DNA of 64,000 nucleotides, taken from contig OZ243948.1 of NCBI GenBank assembly GCA_965214255.1, positions 516,916 through 580,915 on the forward strand. The letters are read 5' to 3'. The notes beneath the pieces are model-generated. The model was given only the letters and a program-made list of their open reading frames with translations. It had not been told where the DNA came from and ran no database searches. Shown here piece after piece: positions 20,611 to 34,908 of the stretch (the stretch's first letter is position 1; each line of letters starts with the position of its first letter). The position numbers and the translations under genes were made by a program. The DNA is from Alphaproteobacteria bacterium (GTDB taxonomy: Bacteria; Pseudomonadota; Alphaproteobacteria; SMXP01).

Positions 20611-22128
20611 TCAGTCGTTTGACGGTTTGATTTTTGTTGCAAAACTAGACGCTTCCGCTGCTGCGTAAAGGAGCGCCTTGGCTTTGTTGACGGACTCTTG
20701 ATATTCAGATTTCGGATCGCTATCGGCAACAACGCCGCCGCCCGCTTGAACATACATTGTTCCGTCCTTGACAATCGCCGTGCGCAGCGCAATGCACGTA
20801 TCCATATTGCCGTTAGCCGAAAAGTAACCAACGCAACCGGCATATATGCCGCGCTTTTCTTTTTCGAGTTCGTCGATAATTTGCATGGCCCGCACCTTTG
20901 GTGCACCGGACACGGTGCCTGCCGGAAATCCGGCGATCAATGCCGAGACGACATCGCAATTCTCCTCAAGCTCACCTTCCACGTTTGAAACGATGTGCAT
21001 GACGTGACTGTAGTGCTCAAGTGCGAATTTCTCTGTAACTTCTACGGTGCCTATACGAGAAACACGCCCGACATCATTTCTGCCGAGATCCAGAAGCATC
21101 AGATGCTCAGCACGTTCTTTTGGGTCAGCCAAAAGCTCCTTGGCGAGCATCCGGTCTCTGTCGGGTGTGCTTCCCCTCGGACGCGTTCCGGCAATGGGCC
21201 GGATAATCACTCGTCGATCACGAACACGAACAAGAATTTCCGGGCTTGATCCGACAACCGCAAAATCACCAAAGTTTAAATAGTAAAGAAAGGGCGAGGG
21301 ATTGAGTCTGCGGAGAGATCTGTAAAGCGCGAAAGGCGGTAACTCAAACGGGACGCTGAATCTCTGACTGGGTACGACCTGGAATATGTCACCCGCAGCA
21401 ATGTAATTTTTGGCTTTTCTGACCATCTCGTGGTACTCGAATGGTGAGGTATTTGAGACAGGTGTTGGCAGTTCGTATTGTTTCTCAACAATCGGCCGGG
21501 CCAGAACCTTCTTTTCCAATATTTCCAGTACCCGAGCAATCCGCTCTCGCGCATCATGATATGCCTCATCTGCCGTGATATTTGGTTCAGGCCAAACCGG
21601 CGTTACGACGATCAACTCATCTTTTACGGAGTCAAAGATAGCCATAATGGTGGGCCGGATGAGTATGCCGTCCGGGAGTCCCAAAGGATCTGGATTGACA
21701 TCCGGCAAGTCTTCCATAAGGCGGACCATGTCATAGGATAAATAACCAAATACGCCAGAGGCCATTGGAGGCAATTCATGATCAAAATCGATGCGTGACT
21801 CGTCGAGAAGCGCACGTAATGAGGTGAGCGTGTCTTCTTCGCAGACCGTAAACGCGGTTTCGTCGACTAAAGCTGTTCTGTTTATCTCGGCCGAGGGTCC
21901 ATGCGCACGCCAAATCAGGTCGGGCCTTAAGCCGATCATGGAATATCGGCCGCGCACGGATCCGCCTTCGACAGATTCAAGCAAAAAACAATTATGTTCA
22001 CACCGAGTCAGCTTGAGCATTGCTGACACGGGTGTTTCCAAATCTGCAATCGCTTTGGTCCATACCACTTGAGCTTTGCTGCTTTCAAATTGCTCTGCAA
22101 ACGTCTCAAAGTGGGGACGAACAATCAT
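20611..22128 (-). CDS. trpE: Anthranilate synthase component I
   Basis: 505 aa chorismate-binding enzyme; the C-terminal region 'GYFSANGNMDTCIALRT' is typical of TrpE. Confidence 0.9.
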   Translation of the reverse strand: MIVRPHFETFAEQFESSKAQVVWTKAIADLETPVSAMLKLTRCEHNCFLLESVEGGSVRGRYSMIGLRPDLIWRAHGPSAEINRTALVDETAFTVCEEDTLTSLRALLDESRIDFDHELPPMASGVFGYLSYDMVRLMEDLPDVNPDPLGLPDGILIRPTIMAIFDSVKDELIVVTPVWPEPNITADEAYHDARERIARVLEILEKKVLARPIVEKQYELPTPVSNTSPFEYHEMVRKAKNYIAAGDIFQVVPSQRFSVPFELPPFALYRSLRRLNPSPFLYYLNFGDFAVVGSSPEILVRVRDRRVIIRPIAGTRPRGSTPDRDRMLAKELLADPKERAEHLMLLDLGRNDVGRVSRIGTVEVTEKFALEHYSHVMHIVSNVEGELEENCDVVSALIAGFPAGTVSGAPKVRAMQIIDELEKEKRGIYAGCVGYFSANGNMDTCIALRTAIVKDGTMYVQAGGGVVADSDPKSEYQESVNKAKALLYAAAEASSFATKIKPSND

Positions 22129-22141
22129 TACCGGCTTTGTC

Positions 22142-24052
22142 TCATTCGGCGACCACGCCCAACGTCATATCAATCACATCCTGATAGACTTCCACGCCGA
22201 GCTCGTCTTTAAGGGCCTCGTAAAACTGATCACCCAGATCTTGAACAATGGCTTGGCCCAACTGTTCCATAAGCGATTCAATCTCTGCTGCGTTTCCCGA
22301 AAGACTTTGCTTGATTGCTTCCCGCGGTGTTGCAACAACCCAGCTTTCGCCAAAACTAGCCGGCCCATAGACATAAGCTCCGACCTCAGCGGCAAAGGCA
22401 TCCGAAATAAGTTGTGTAGATAAAGATTCGTCATTGTCCTGCCGTCCTATGCCGGGTGATGTCGACAAGACCGCTCTTCCAATTTCGTTTGCCAGTGATT
22501 CGAAAGTGGGTCCACCTTTCGCCCGTTCCGCAATCGACTTTGCAAATTGCTCAAGTTTTTCACGCCGCTTTATTTTAAAATAGTCTTCTCTCACATCTGT
22601 TGTTACTTCATCAAACGGCTTGAGAGCAGGTGGCTTCACATCATCGACGCGTAAAACAAAATATCCATCTTGTTCAGTAGGCCGCAGTTCGCCTTCAAAT
22701 CCAACTTGGCTGCGAAAGGCCTCTGCCAAAACCGTCTCGGTTTTAACATCATCTTCGACTAACTGGGCAGAGCGTTTACCGCCGACATCAAGTCCAACGC
22801 GACTCACCAGTCTCACCGGAACGGCCCGGATACCCAGTGTACTTGCAATTTCTTCGAGTGTAGCGCCTCCTGCAAGTGCATCCTCGATCTCGGCTGAGGA
22901 TTCGAACAGGGCTGTAGTGGCAAGCTCTCCTGCCAGTTCATCGCGGATAATTTCGCGGGCTTCTTCGTAGGGTTGCTCCCGACCGGGAAATATATTCGTA
23001 ACTCTTACCAAGGCCCAACTGATAACGCCTTCGATCGCACCACTTGTTTGACCAAGCGGTAATTGAAAGGCCGTCTGTGCCACGGGCTCGTCGAGCATTT
23101 CAGACCGGGATACATTTTCTCGCGTAACTTCGTTAAAGCTCAGGTTGCGACTCTCAATGAGTTCATCAAAGGAAAGGCCGTCTGACATGTCTTTTTGCGC
23201 CTGGTCGACGGCTTCTTTGCTATCAAAATAAACGACTTGGACAGTACGCCGCTCAGGTAACTTAAAGCGTGAATTGTCAAAATCATATTGGGCCCTGATA
23301 TTTTCTTCTGATACTTCCACTTGATCGAGGAAATCACTTGCCTCAACAAGTATGTATGTAAAGCTGCGATATTCAGGGGCCGTGAAACGAGTAGAATTGT
23401 TTCTATAATACTGTTCAAGATCGCTCCGCGCCGGTTCTGTTAATTGGCCGGCAGCCTCGGGTGGGATTACAAGATAGTCAATCACGCGTCGCTCACTGCG
23501 ATAGGTGAAAATCGCTTCCGCCAGACGTCGAGATGCGACAGCACCGAAGGATATCACGTCCAAGAACTGATCACGTGCCAAGTCCCTGCGAAGTGAAGTT
23601 TCGTACGTCTGGGGCGTGAAGCCATTTTGAAGAAGTAATTCTCGATATGTTTCAGCCGAGAATCCACCAAAGGTGCCGTGAAAAACTTCATTGTTTCGGA
23701 TCGATTCCAGCAGGGCCTCGTCGGAAATAGTGAGTCCCAGGCGGCTGCTTGCCACATCAAAAGCCGTGGTTTGAATCATCGTAGTTAGGACCTGCTGATC
23801 GAGCCCCAAACGCCGGGCCTGAAGAGTGTCGAACACGCCGTCGGTCTGTGTAGACAACTGTTGCACTCGAGAGCGGAACTGTCGTTCAAAGTCGAAAGAC
23901 GAGATGGGGATGCTGCCTACTTTGGCAACGTCGGTGTTGGTGGTGCCCAAGAAGATGTCGCCGATACCCCAGACGGCAAAGCTCAAAACAAGCAATCCGA
24001 TAAAAATCCCTGCAACCCAAGATTTGGCTATTTCCTTCAATCTGCCGAGCAT
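22142..24052 (-). CDS. ppiD: Periplasmic chaperone / peptidyl-prolyl isomerase PpiD (SurA-N domain protein)
   Basis: 636 aa with an N-terminal membrane anchor 'WVAGIFIGLLVLSFAVWGIGDIF' followed by SurA-N-like and parvulin-like regions. Adjacent to trpE/tpiA as in many alphaproteobacteria. Confidence 0.75.
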   Translation of the reverse strand: MLGRLKEIAKSWVAGIFIGLLVLSFAVWGIGDIFLGTTNTDVAKVGSIPISSFDFERQFRSRVQQLSTQTDGVFDTLQARRLGLDQQVLTTMIQTTAFDVASSRLGLTISDEALLESIRNNEVFHGTFGGFSAETYRELLLQNGFTPQTYETSLRRDLARDQFLDVISFGAVASRRLAEAIFTYRSERRVIDYLVIPPEAAGQLTEPARSDLEQYYRNNSTRFTAPEYRSFTYILVEASDFLDQVEVSEENIRAQYDFDNSRFKLPERRTVQVVYFDSKEAVDQAQKDMSDGLSFDELIESRNLSFNEVTRENVSRSEMLDEPVAQTAFQLPLGQTSGAIEGVISWALVRVTNIFPGREQPYEEAREIIRDELAGELATTALFESSAEIEDALAGGATLEEIASTLGIRAVPVRLVSRVGLDVGGKRSAQLVEDDVKTETVLAEAFRSQVGFEGELRPTEQDGYFVLRVDDVKPPALKPFDEVTTDVREDYFKIKRREKLEQFAKSIAERAKGGPTFESLANEIGRAVLSTSPGIGRQDNDESLSTQLISDAFAAEVGAYVYGPASFGESWVVATPREAIKQSLSGNAAEIESLMEQLGQAIVQDLGDQFYEALKDELGVEVYQDVIDMTLGVVAE

Positions 24053-24200
24053 GTGATCAGACCCTTCAGCGTTAGCGGTACATGGCCCGCTTGGCGGCGG
24101 ATCATAGTGGTGCGGCCGGGGCCGGGCAAGGGTGGCGCGCCCTGGTCAAGGTCCGCTCAATTTGTTATGGCCAGCCCAAGCCGTTTTGGAGAACTTGCCG

Positions 24201-24977
24201 ATGCCAATATCGATTCCCGTCAAACGAAGACCGGTCATTGTCGGCAATTGGAAAATGAACGGTCTTGCACGCTCTGAGAAAGAGATAACAGCGTTGACAA
24301 CCCGTCTCATGCGAGCAAAGGGCGTACAAGCGGATGTTGTCATTTGTCCTCCTGCAACGCTGCTTCCCCTGTTCAGGCCACTTGTCAAGGGAACTCCTCT
24401 AAGCCTTGGTGCTCAGGACTGTCACGCGAAACCGGGTGGGGCCCACACGGGCGATCTGAGCGCTCCTATGCTCAAGGATGCAGGCGCAAAATGGATTATT
24501 GTGGGCCATTCGGAGCGCCGAACGAGTCACGGAGAGACGGATGACGACGTCAAGGCAAAGGCTCACGCTGCACTGATTGAAAAAATGCGTGTCATAATAT
24601 GTGTGGGGGAGACGGAAACCGAGCGCGGTGAGGGCAAGACGCTGGGAGTCATCGAGCGGCAGCTTGCGCGCTCTTTACCGGATTTTGTCGATTCAAAGAA
24701 CACGGTTATCGCTTATGAACCGGTCTGGGCGATTGGAACAGGTCGCACGCCAATGCTCAAGGACATAGACGATGTTCATCAGTTCATTCGACAAAAGTTG
24801 GTTGATAGGTTCGATGATGACGGCAACCACACACGGATTTTATATGGCGGGTCGGTCAAGCCTCGGAATGCGGCAGAAATTATGTCTATCGCCGATGTTG
24901 ACGGTACGCTTGTCGGAGGAGCCAGTCTGAGGGCGAATGAGTTTTGGCAAATCATTCAAGCTGGCCGGGGGGATTGA
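24201..24977 (+). CDS. tpiA: Triosephosphate isomerase
   Basis: '[10 protein letters not shown]' N-terminal motif, 'GHSERR' and '[11 protein letters not shown]'. The start was placed at the internal ATG at 24201. Confidence 0.9.
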   Translation: MPISIPVKRRPVIVGNWKMNGLARSEKEITALTTRLMRAKGVQADVVICPPATLLPLFRPLVKGTPLSLGAQDCHAKPGGAHTGDLSAPMLKDAGAKWIIVGHSERRTSHGETDDDVKAKAHAALIEKMRVIICVGETETERGEGKTLGVIERQLARSLPDFVDSKNTVIAYEPVWAIGTGRTPMLKDIDDVHQFIRQKLVDRFDDDGNHTRILYGGSVKPRNAAEIMSIADVDGTLVGGASLRANEFWQIIQAGRGD

Positions 24978-25131
24978 AGTCAATTTCAATCAAATCCGTA
25001 AAACTTGGTTGCAACGGGTCATTTTCTGGTATGTGTTGCGCGGGCCTATGACGTGGCGGTGTTTAGCAAGCCTGCAACGGCAAGCGGCATTGTTGCTCGG
25101 CCTCATTCGAGACTAAATTTGAATCTCGAAT

Positions 25132-25153
25132 CGTGTCCGCGATCGTAAAGCGC
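25132..25153 (+). terminator. Stem-loop GTCCGCG-N7-CGCGGAC downstream of tpiA, preceded by a second hairpin TTCGAGA-N11-TCTCGAA at 25103-25127
   Basis: Perfect 7-bp stems read directly from the sequence. A weak U-tract follows ('ttcatgaagtttgtt'). Lies between tpiA and secG. Confidence 0.3.
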
Positions 25154-25257
25154 GGACTTCATGAAGTTTGTTAAAAGTTAAGAGAAAGCTTTCTTAACCG
25201 TTAGTATGGAACCTGTCTCTGGAATAAAATAACCCGTTGGGCTCCTATGGGGTTGGC

Positions 25258-25581
25258 ATGATAGCCTTTCTACTCGTCGTTCACTTGTTAATCGCGCTCG
25301 CGCTCGTGGGCAGTGTCTTGCTGCAGAGATCCGAAGGCGGCGCATTGGGTATCGGCGGCGGCGGTAGTATGGGCGGATTCATGTCCGGGCGGGGGGCGGC
25401 AAATGTTTTGACCCGCACTACGGCAGTCCTGGCCGTCTGTTTTTTCATCACAAGCGTTCTGTTGACAGTTACCGCTGGAACCGGCGGTGGAGACCGATCG
25501 GTGATTGACGATCTAGGATCCTCGGGCGGTGCACCGTCTTTGGTCGCACCGGAAGGGCCGGATGTGCCCCGGGAAGATTAA
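25258..25581 (+). CDS. secG: Preprotein translocase subunit SecG
   Basis: Two TM helices and a glycine-rich loop ('LLQRSEGGALGIGGGGSMGGFMSG'). Conserved tpiA-secG-pyrG order. Confidence 0.85.
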   Translation: MIAFLLVVHLLIALALVGSVLLQRSEGGALGIGGGGSMGGFMSGRGAANVLTRTTAVLAVCFFITSVLLTVTAGTGGGDRSVIDDLGSSGGAPSLVAPEGPDVPRED

Positions 25582-27319
<1,738 letters not shown>

Positions 27320-27481
27320 GTGTGTTGCGGGGCGCGGTTAAACGACTGGTTTATTGACCACTCGTTTTTTGATGAAGAAAGTTAAATATGACAAATATCC
27401 TTCTGATTTTAAATGAATTTAAATTATAACTTCAGTAGCTTTTTCGCTATCGGTAGCATCTAAGAGCTGCCTGGAAAAAAA

Positions 27482-28003
27482 ATGAATGAACGTCGCGAAG
27501 CTCTCCCCGATCTCTTAAAGCCCGGTCTCGATTTGGTTATCTGCGGCACAGCCGCCGGGAGTCGCTCCGCCAAGATCGGCGCGTATTACGCCCGTCCCAA
27601 CAACCGCTTCTGGGGGATTCTGGCGGATATCGAGTTGACGCCTCGGAAACTGGCTCCCCAGGAATACGAGAAGTTGACAAGCTTCGACATCGGTCTCACC
27701 GATCTTAACAAGTATAACAGCGGAACCGATGCCGAACTTGCCGAAGAGGGCTGGGACGTTGACGGACTTCGCAAGAAGATCGAAAAGATGCAACCTCGCG
27801 TTCTGGCGTTTAACGGCAAGAAAGCGGCATCGAAGTATTTCGGTACCAAAAAAGTCGACTACGGGCGTCAAAAGAAGCGAATCGGGGTAACGATTCCGTT
27901 CGTGCTGCCGTCCACCTCCGGCGCCAACGCTCATTGGGATGAAAAACATTGGCATGACTGTGCGGCGTTGGTCAGAAATCTACGCGGTGAGAAGAAGCCT
28001 TGA
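27482..28003 (+). CDS. mug: G/U mismatch-specific DNA glycosylase (UDG family 2, Mug/TDG-like)
   Basis: 'LVICGTAAGSRSAKIGAYYARPNNRFWGIL' matches the Mug active-site region (GINPG-like motif plus 'NRFW'). 173 aa. Preceded by an unusually AT-rich 160-bp spacer. Confidence 0.7.
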   Translation: MNERREALPDLLKPGLDLVICGTAAGSRSAKIGAYYARPNNRFWGILADIELTPRKLAPQEYEKLTSFDIGLTDLNKYNSGTDAELAEEGWDVDGLRKKIEKMQPRVLAFNGKKAASKYFGTKKVDYGRQKKRIGVTIPFVLPSTSGANAHWDEKHWHDCAALVRNLRGEKKP

Positions 28004-28833
28004 TGGAGCCTAATCCGGAAATTCAATTGGGCGCGGTAAAACTCGCCAATCATCTCCCTTTGACCCTGATCGCCGGTCCGTGCGCCATGGAAAGCCGCGA
28101 TCATGCGTTCGACATGGCGGGCGCTCTTCAGGAAATAACCGCAAAGCTGGGCATCGGTTTCATCTACAAGACCTCGTTTGACAAGGCCAACCGTACCAGC
28201 GCGACCGGCAAGCGGGGCATCGGCCTCGAGTCGGCGCTCCCCATCTTTGACTCCCTTAAAAAAGACCTCGGCGTGCCAATCCTGACCGATGTGCACAGCG
28301 AAGAGCAGTGTGCGGTGATTTCTGAAGTTGTGGATGTCATTCAAATTCCGGCGTTTCTTTGCCGCCAAACGGATCTGGTGTTGGCAGCCTCGGCTACCGG
28401 ATTGGTTGTAAATATCAAGAAGGGTCAGTTCCTTGCGCCTTGGGATATGAAAAACGTGGTCGACAAAGTCGTCGGTACCGGTAATCCAAACGTTATGGTT
28501 ACCGAGCGCGGCGCAAGTTTTGGCTACAATACGCTCGTATCTGACATGCGTTCGCTGCCCATCTTGGCCAATATCGGAGTGCCGGTTGTCTTCGATGCCT
28601 CTCATTCGGTTCAGCAGCCGGGAGGGCTGGGTGGTGCGAGTGGAGGTCAACGCGAGTTTATTCCGGTTCTGGCTCGCGCGGCCGTTGCCGTAGGCGTTGC
28701 GGCGGTCTTCATCGAGACCCATCAAGATCCGGACAACGCTCCGTCCGACGGCCCCAATATGCTGCGACTGAACGACATGGAACCCCTTTTGGAGTCTCTT
28801 GCGGCTTTGGACCGCGTGGTGAAGACCGGCTAA
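28000..28833 (+). CDS. kdsA: 3-deoxy-8-phosphooctulonate synthase
   Basis: 277 aa, with 'LIAGPCAMESRDHAFDMA' and 'FDASHS' motifs. Its start overlaps the mug stop (ATGA). Confidence 0.9.
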   Translation: MMEPNPEIQLGAVKLANHLPLTLIAGPCAMESRDHAFDMAGALQEITAKLGIGFIYKTSFDKANRTSATGKRGIGLESALPIFDSLKKDLGVPILTDVHSEEQCAVISEVVDVIQIPAFLCRQTDLVLAASATGLVVNIKKGQFLAPWDMKNVVDKVVGTGNPNVMVTERGASFGYNTLVSDMRSLPILANIGVPVVFDASHSVQQPGGLGGASGGQREFIPVLARAAVAVGVAAVFIETHQDPDNAPSDGPNMLRLNDMEPLLESLAALDRVVKTG

Positions 28834-28939
28834 CCATTAAGTTCACTTGAGTGCAGATCACAATTCCTGTATGACCTCCGTCGGCGTGGAGACCATACAT
28901 CCGGGGCCAAAAACCGAGTTCCGGCACTGAGGAAAAGTT

Positions 28940-29122
28940 ATGGCGGTCCCAAGAAGCAAAGTCACACGGTCGAAGCGCAACATGAGGCGTGCTCATTTGC
29001 GCTTGAAACGGGCAAGCTATATAGAGGATCCGGAGTCCGGGGAACTCCACAGGCCGCACCACATCGAGCCCAAGACCGGCATGTACCGAGGACGGCAGGT
29101 TCTACCGCCTCGGGAAGACTAA
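28940..29122 (+). CDS. rpmF: 50S ribosomal protein L32
   Basis: '[19 protein letters not shown]' is the canonical bL32 N-terminus. 60 aa. Confidence 0.9.
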   Translation: MAVPRSKVTRSKRNMRRAHLRLKRASYIEDPESGELHRPHHIEPKTGMYRGRQVLPPRED

Positions 29123-29222
29123 AATCCGGATCGTATACTCACCGACGCCCTGTCACATTTGCCGTCCTCTTCAATTGCGTTAGTTTCCATTTTAGAAAGA
29201 GTTAAGGCAAATAGCGCAGTGA

Positions 29223-30515
<1,293 letters not shown>

Positions 30516-30667
30516 AAAATGAGTTAGAGCCTGTTCGCCGCCGAGTTGTAACCTTTTATTAACGGCTCAAGGTGTGGAATTCTTTCCACATTTGCGGCCG
30601 CTTGGCCTCTCTCTATTGTTTTGGCTTTGAGACGTTCATGCTTTTTATCCAACACTTGAGACGGAAT

Positions 30668-30961
30668 ATGGCGTTAAGCATCTTGCCCTTGGTGTCAGCG
30701 GGGTTTGTGCTGTATCTGGGTTATCACGGGCTTTACGGGAATCACGGCCTGATGACCATGATACAACTCGACAAGGAGATCGCAGGTCTGGAATTGGACC
30801 TTTCCGCAATGCGGGAAGAGAGTGCAATGATTGAACGCCGTATCAGATTGTTGAGACCGGAAAGTCTCGATATCGACTTGCTTGAAGAGCGTGCCCGCGC
30901 CCAATTGGGATTTGCAAGGTCCGAGGATTTGGTAATTTTTGATCGGTTGCCGCGTGAATAG
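30668..30961 (+). CDS. ftsB: Cell division protein FtsB/DivIC-like septum formation initiator
   Basis: Single TM helix followed by a coiled coil and 'LEERARAQLGFARSEDLVI'. The start was placed at the internal ATG at 30668. Confidence 0.7.
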   Translation: MALSILPLVSAGFVLYLGYHGLYGNHGLMTMIQLDKEIAGLELDLSAMREESAMIERRIRLLRPESLDIDLLEERARAQLGFARSEDLVIFDRLPRE

Positions 30962-31099
30962 CGCAAGATTTAATCGTTTGGCCTCCTTGGACGATCGTCA
31001 AGTTTCCGAAACCGAAATGGTTACCAACCTCTCAACATTTCGGTGAATCTATTCACCATTTAGCGTATAAAATGGGCCTGTTCGCAAAGGACATTCCAC

Positions 31100-32161
31100 A
31101 TGGGAGCACGTACAGGTAACAGTTCAAAAGGTGCCGTCGCGGCGACGAAATCAAGGCCGCGTAAGAGGTCGAAGCGCACCGCCAAAAAGAGACTCGACGG
31201 TCTTGCCAAAGACGGACTCCTGCAACTTTACAAAGACATGATTTTGATCCGTCGCTTTGAAGAGCGGGCGGGGCAGATGTACGGCATGGGGCTCATCGGC
31301 GGTTTTTGTCATTTGTATATCGGTCAGGAAGCCGTCGTGGTCGGTATGCAATCGGTGATAGAAGAGGGCGACCAGGTTGTCACCTCTTATCGCGACCACG
31401 GTCATATGCTGGCGTGCGGAATGGAACCGAAAGGCGTGATGGCCGAGTTGACGGGCCGCATTAGCGGCTATTCCAAAGGTAAGGGCGGTTCCATGCATAT
31501 GTTCAGCAAAGAAAAAAATTTCTATGGCGGGCATGGCATCGTCGGCGCACAGGTGCCGATTGGAACAGGGCTCGCCTTTTCAAATCGCTATCGCGGCAAT
31601 GATCGTGTTGCACTTTGCTACTTCGGTGACGGCGCGGCCAACCAGGGACAAGTTTACGAAAGCTTCAATATGGCCGAGCTATGGTGTCTGCCCGTGGTCT
31701 ACATCATCGAGAACAACCAATATGCCATGGGCACAAGCGTCAAACGCTCGTCTTCGGAGACCCATTTATACCGACGCGGCGCGAGCTTCAGAATACCGGG
31801 AGAAGAAGTTGACGGGATGGATGTTTTGGCGGTCCGCGAAGCCGGCGCCAAAGCCGTTCAAGGTTGCCGCGACGGCAAAGGTCCTACCATCCTCGAAATG
31901 AAAACCTACCGCTATCGTGGTCATTCCATGTCCGATCCGGCAAAATACAGGTCGCGGGAAGAGGTGGAAGATGTGCGGTCTCAGCAAGACCCGATCAATA
32001 CGTACAAGGAAAAACTGCTCGCCGACGGCATGGCAAGTGAAGATGAAATCAAAGACATCGATCGAAAGATCAAGGGTGTCATTGCCGAAGCCGCCGAGTT
32101 TGCCCAAACCAGCCCGGAGCCGGATCCTGGTGAGTTGTATACGGATGTATTGGTTTCTTAG
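31100..32161 (+). CDS. pdhA: Pyruvate dehydrogenase E1 component alpha subunit
   Basis: TPP-binding motifs 'GDGAANQG' and '[11 protein letters not shown]'. 353 aa. First gene of the pdhA-pdhB-pdhC-lpd cluster. Confidence 0.9.
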   Translation: MGARTGNSSKGAVAATKSRPRKRSKRTAKKRLDGLAKDGLLQLYKDMILIRRFEERAGQMYGMGLIGGFCHLYIGQEAVVVGMQSVIEEGDQVVTSYRDHGHMLACGMEPKGVMAELTGRISGYSKGKGGSMHMFSKEKNFYGGHGIVGAQVPIGTGLAFSNRYRGNDRVALCYFGDGAANQGQVYESFNMAELWCLPVVYIIENNQYAMGTSVKRSSSETHLYRRGASFRIPGEEVDGMDVLAVREAGAKAVQGCRDGKGPTILEMKTYRYRGHSMSDPAKYRSREEVEDVRSQQDPINTYKEKLLADGMASEDEIKDIDRKIKGVIAEAAEFAQTSPEPDPGELYTDVLVS

Positions 32162-32181
32162 GGCATACCGCTGGAACCCTC

Positions 32182-33564
32182 ATGTCGATTGACATTCTCA
32201 TGCCTGCACTGTCGCCCACTATGGAAGAGGGCACGCTCGCCAAATGGTTTGTCAAAGAAGGCGACCGCGTATCGGCCGGTGACGTTATTGCGGAAATCGA
32301 GACGGATAAGGCAACAATGGAAATGGAAGCCGTCGATGAAGGTGTGATCGGCAGGATTTTAGTGCCGGAAGGCAGCGAAGATGTTCAGGTCAATATTCCC
32401 ATCGCCATCATTTTGGAGGAAGGCGAAGGTGAGTCCGCCGTCAACGGCGCTGACGTCACGTTGAGATCGAGCCTGGATATGCCTGCCGAAACCGCCTCTC
32501 CGGCAGCAGCGCCTCGCCGCAGGTCTGCGACGGTCCAGGCGACGGCGGCGGCTGTTTCATCGCAACGGGACATGCCTGAAATGCAGGTCATGACCGTGCG
32601 CGAAGCGCTGCGCGATGCCATGGCCGAAGAAATGCGCCGTGATGAGAATGTTTTTCTCATGGGCGAAGAGGTCGCTGAATATCAAGGGGCGTACAAGGTG
32701 AGTCAGGGTCTTCTCGACGAATTCGGCGCGCGTCGCGTTATCGACATGCCGATCACCGAACACGGGTTCACGGGACTTGGCATCGGCGCGGCCTTCAGCG
32801 GTCTCAAACCCATTGTCGAATTCATGACCTTCAACTTCGCCATGCAGGCAATGGATCAATTGATCAACTCGGCGGCCAAGACGCATTACATGTCCGGCGG
32901 ACAAATGAAAGTTCCCGTCGTGTTTCGGGGTCCGAACGGCGCCGCCTCGCGTGTTGCCGCCCAGCACAGTCAGGATTACTCCTCATGGTACTCAAGCGTG
33001 CCGGGCTTGAAAGTGGTTGCCCCTTATAGCGCGTCGGATGCCAAGGGGCTTTTGAAATCCGCGATTCGCGATCCAAACCCCGTGATTTTCCTTGAAAATG
33101 AAATCCTTTACGGCCACAAGTTCGAAGTCCCCGTTCTCGATGATTATCTTGTGCCTATCGGCAAAGCCGACATCGTCCGTACCGGGACGGATGTGACCAT
33201 TTCCGCTCACAGTCGTGCGGTTGAATGGGCTCTTGAGGCAGCGGAACGTCTGGAAGGCGAGGGGATTGATGCTGAAGTAATCGATTTGCGCACGCTTCGA
33301 CCGCTTGACAGCGAAACCGTTGTCTCGTCCGTGCGCAAGACAAATCGCCTCGTGACGGTCGAAGAAGGCTGGCGGCAAAGCGGTGTAGGCGCCGAAGTGG
33401 CCGCGCGCGTCACGCTCGAGGCTTTCGACGATTTGGACGCCCCCGTCATGCGCGTTTCCCAAGAAGATGTGCCCATGCCTTATGCGGCAAATTTGGAAGC
33501 GCTCAGCTTGCCTGACGCGGAAAAAGTGATCGCCGCCGTCAAATCTGTTTGCAACGCGGATTAA
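32182..33564 (+). CDS. pdhB: Pyruvate dehydrogenase E1 component beta subunit with N-terminal lipoyl domain
   Basis: N-terminal lipoyl domain ('[16 protein letters not shown]...ETDKATME') fused to a transketolase-like beta subunit, as in many alphaproteobacteria. Confidence 0.9.
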   Translation: MSIDILMPALSPTMEEGTLAKWFVKEGDRVSAGDVIAEIETDKATMEMEAVDEGVIGRILVPEGSEDVQVNIPIAIILEEGEGESAVNGADVTLRSSLDMPAETASPAAAPRRRSATVQATAAAVSSQRDMPEMQVMTVREALRDAMAEEMRRDENVFLMGEEVAEYQGAYKVSQGLLDEFGARRVIDMPITEHGFTGLGIGAAFSGLKPIVEFMTFNFAMQAMDQLINSAAKTHYMSGGQMKVPVVFRGPNGAASRVAAQHSQDYSSWYSSVPGLKVVAPYSASDAKGLLKSAIRDPNPVIFLENEILYGHKFEVPVLDDYLVPIGKADIVRTGTDVTISAHSRAVEWALEAAERLEGEGIDAEVIDLRTLRPLDSETVVSSVRKTNRLVTVEEGWRQSGVGAEVAARVTLEAFDDLDAPVMRVSQEDVPMPYAANLEALSLPDAEKVIAAVKSVCNAD

Positions 33565-33570
33565 AACACC

Positions 33571-34830
33571 ATGCCGATACCCATTCTGATGCCCGCTCTC
33601 TCGCCCACCATGGAAGAGGGCACTCTCGTCAAATGGCTGGTCAAAGAAGGCGACCATGTTTCATCGGGTGATCTCATCGCCGAGATCGAAACGGACAAGG
33701 CCACCATGGAGTTGGAATGCAGCGACGAAGGAAAGATCGGCAAATTTCTGGTTTCCGAAGGGACGGAAGGAGTCGAAGTCAACAAAACCATCGCGTTGAT
33801 TTTGGAGGAGGGCGAGAACGAGGACGCACTGAAAGACGCCCCGGCAGCGGCGGCCCCGAAGGCCCCGAAGGTTGCTCCTCAGCCGACCGTATCCGACAGC
33901 GTCGCTTCCGCAGACCGCATAAAGGTGAGCCCGCTTGCAAAACGACTTGCGGCGCAAGCCGGACTGGACTTGGCCGCGATCAAAGGGTCCGGTCCGCACG
34001 GCCGAATCGTCAAACGCGATATCGAGGCGGCAAGCGGGGGCGCCGTGGGCTTCCCCGGAGCGGCCGCGGCGACTGCTCAGGTCGTTCCGTTCCAGACAAT
34101 GCCGTCCTCTCCTCAAGAGTCGGGTGTTCCCCAAGGCAGTTACGATGAAGTACCGATGAGCGCCATGCGTAAAGTCGTAGCTCGCCGGATGACCGAATCC
34201 AAACAGACGGTCCCGCACTTCCGGCTCACGATCGATTGTGAAATCGACAAGCTGCTGGCCTTGCAAGAAGAACTCAATAGCCGCTCGCCCGCAGGCGAGG
34301 GCGCATTCAAGATCGGAATCAATGATTTCATAGTTCGCGCTTCGGCCTTGGCCCTCAAAAAAATACCCGGGGTCAACGCCAGCTTTGCCGGCGACAAAAT
34401 TCTCTTGCATCACCACGCCGACATCGCCTTAGCTGTAGCGCTCGACGATGGTCTGATGACGCCGATTGTTTGGAAGGCCGAAACCAAAGGTCTGCAAGAG
34501 ATTTCCGCAGACATGAAAGACAAGATTGCACGAGCGCGGAATAAAAGGCTCCTGCCGGAAGAATATCAAGGCGGGACGTTTTCCATTTCCAATTTGGGCA
34601 TGTTCGGCGTAGATGAATTCAGCGCCGTGATCAATCCGCCCCACGGAGCGATCCTCGCTGTGGGACAGGGCAAAAAGCGTCCGATTGTCAAGAACGATGC
34701 GCTGAGCGTCGCAACCGTCATGTCGTGCACGATGTCGTGCGACCACCGCGTGGTCGACGGCGCCCTCGGCGCTCAATGGCTCCGGGTCTTCAAAGGCTAT
34801 ATCGAAGATCCCGTCACCATGCTGCTTTGA
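33571..34830 (+). CDS. pdhC: Dihydrolipoamide acetyltransferase (PDH E2)
   Basis: Lipoyl domain, Ala/Pro-rich linker, subunit-binding domain and catalytic domain carrying 'DHR' ('CDHRVVDGA'). Confidence 0.9.
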   Translation: MPIPILMPALSPTMEEGTLVKWLVKEGDHVSSGDLIAEIETDKATMELECSDEGKIGKFLVSEGTEGVEVNKTIALILEEGENEDALKDAPAAAAPKAPKVAPQPTVSDSVASADRIKVSPLAKRLAAQAGLDLAAIKGSGPHGRIVKRDIEAASGGAVGFPGAAAATAQVVPFQTMPSSPQESGVPQGSYDEVPMSAMRKVVARRMTESKQTVPHFRLTIDCEIDKLLALQEELNSRSPAGEGAFKIGINDFIVRASALALKKIPGVNASFAGDKILLHHHADIALAVALDDGLMTPIVWKAETKGLQEISADMKDKIARARNKRLLPEEYQGGTFSISNLGMFGVDEFSAVINPPHGAILAVGQGKKRPIVKNDALSVATVMSCTMSCDHRVVDGALGAQWLRVFKGYIEDPVTMLL

Positions 34831-34908
34831 TGCACGGCGGGCGTGACGGCCCGCGCAAGTACCGAACATTTTTTGCGAACCCATCGTTTGATCGGCTGAA
34901 AACACACA

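Noticed and set aside
27343-27368. Possible rho-independent terminator after pyrG ('ctggtttattgaccactcgtttttt')
   Set aside because: Only a 4-5 bp imperfect stem can be formed ahead of the T-run, which is too weak to call.
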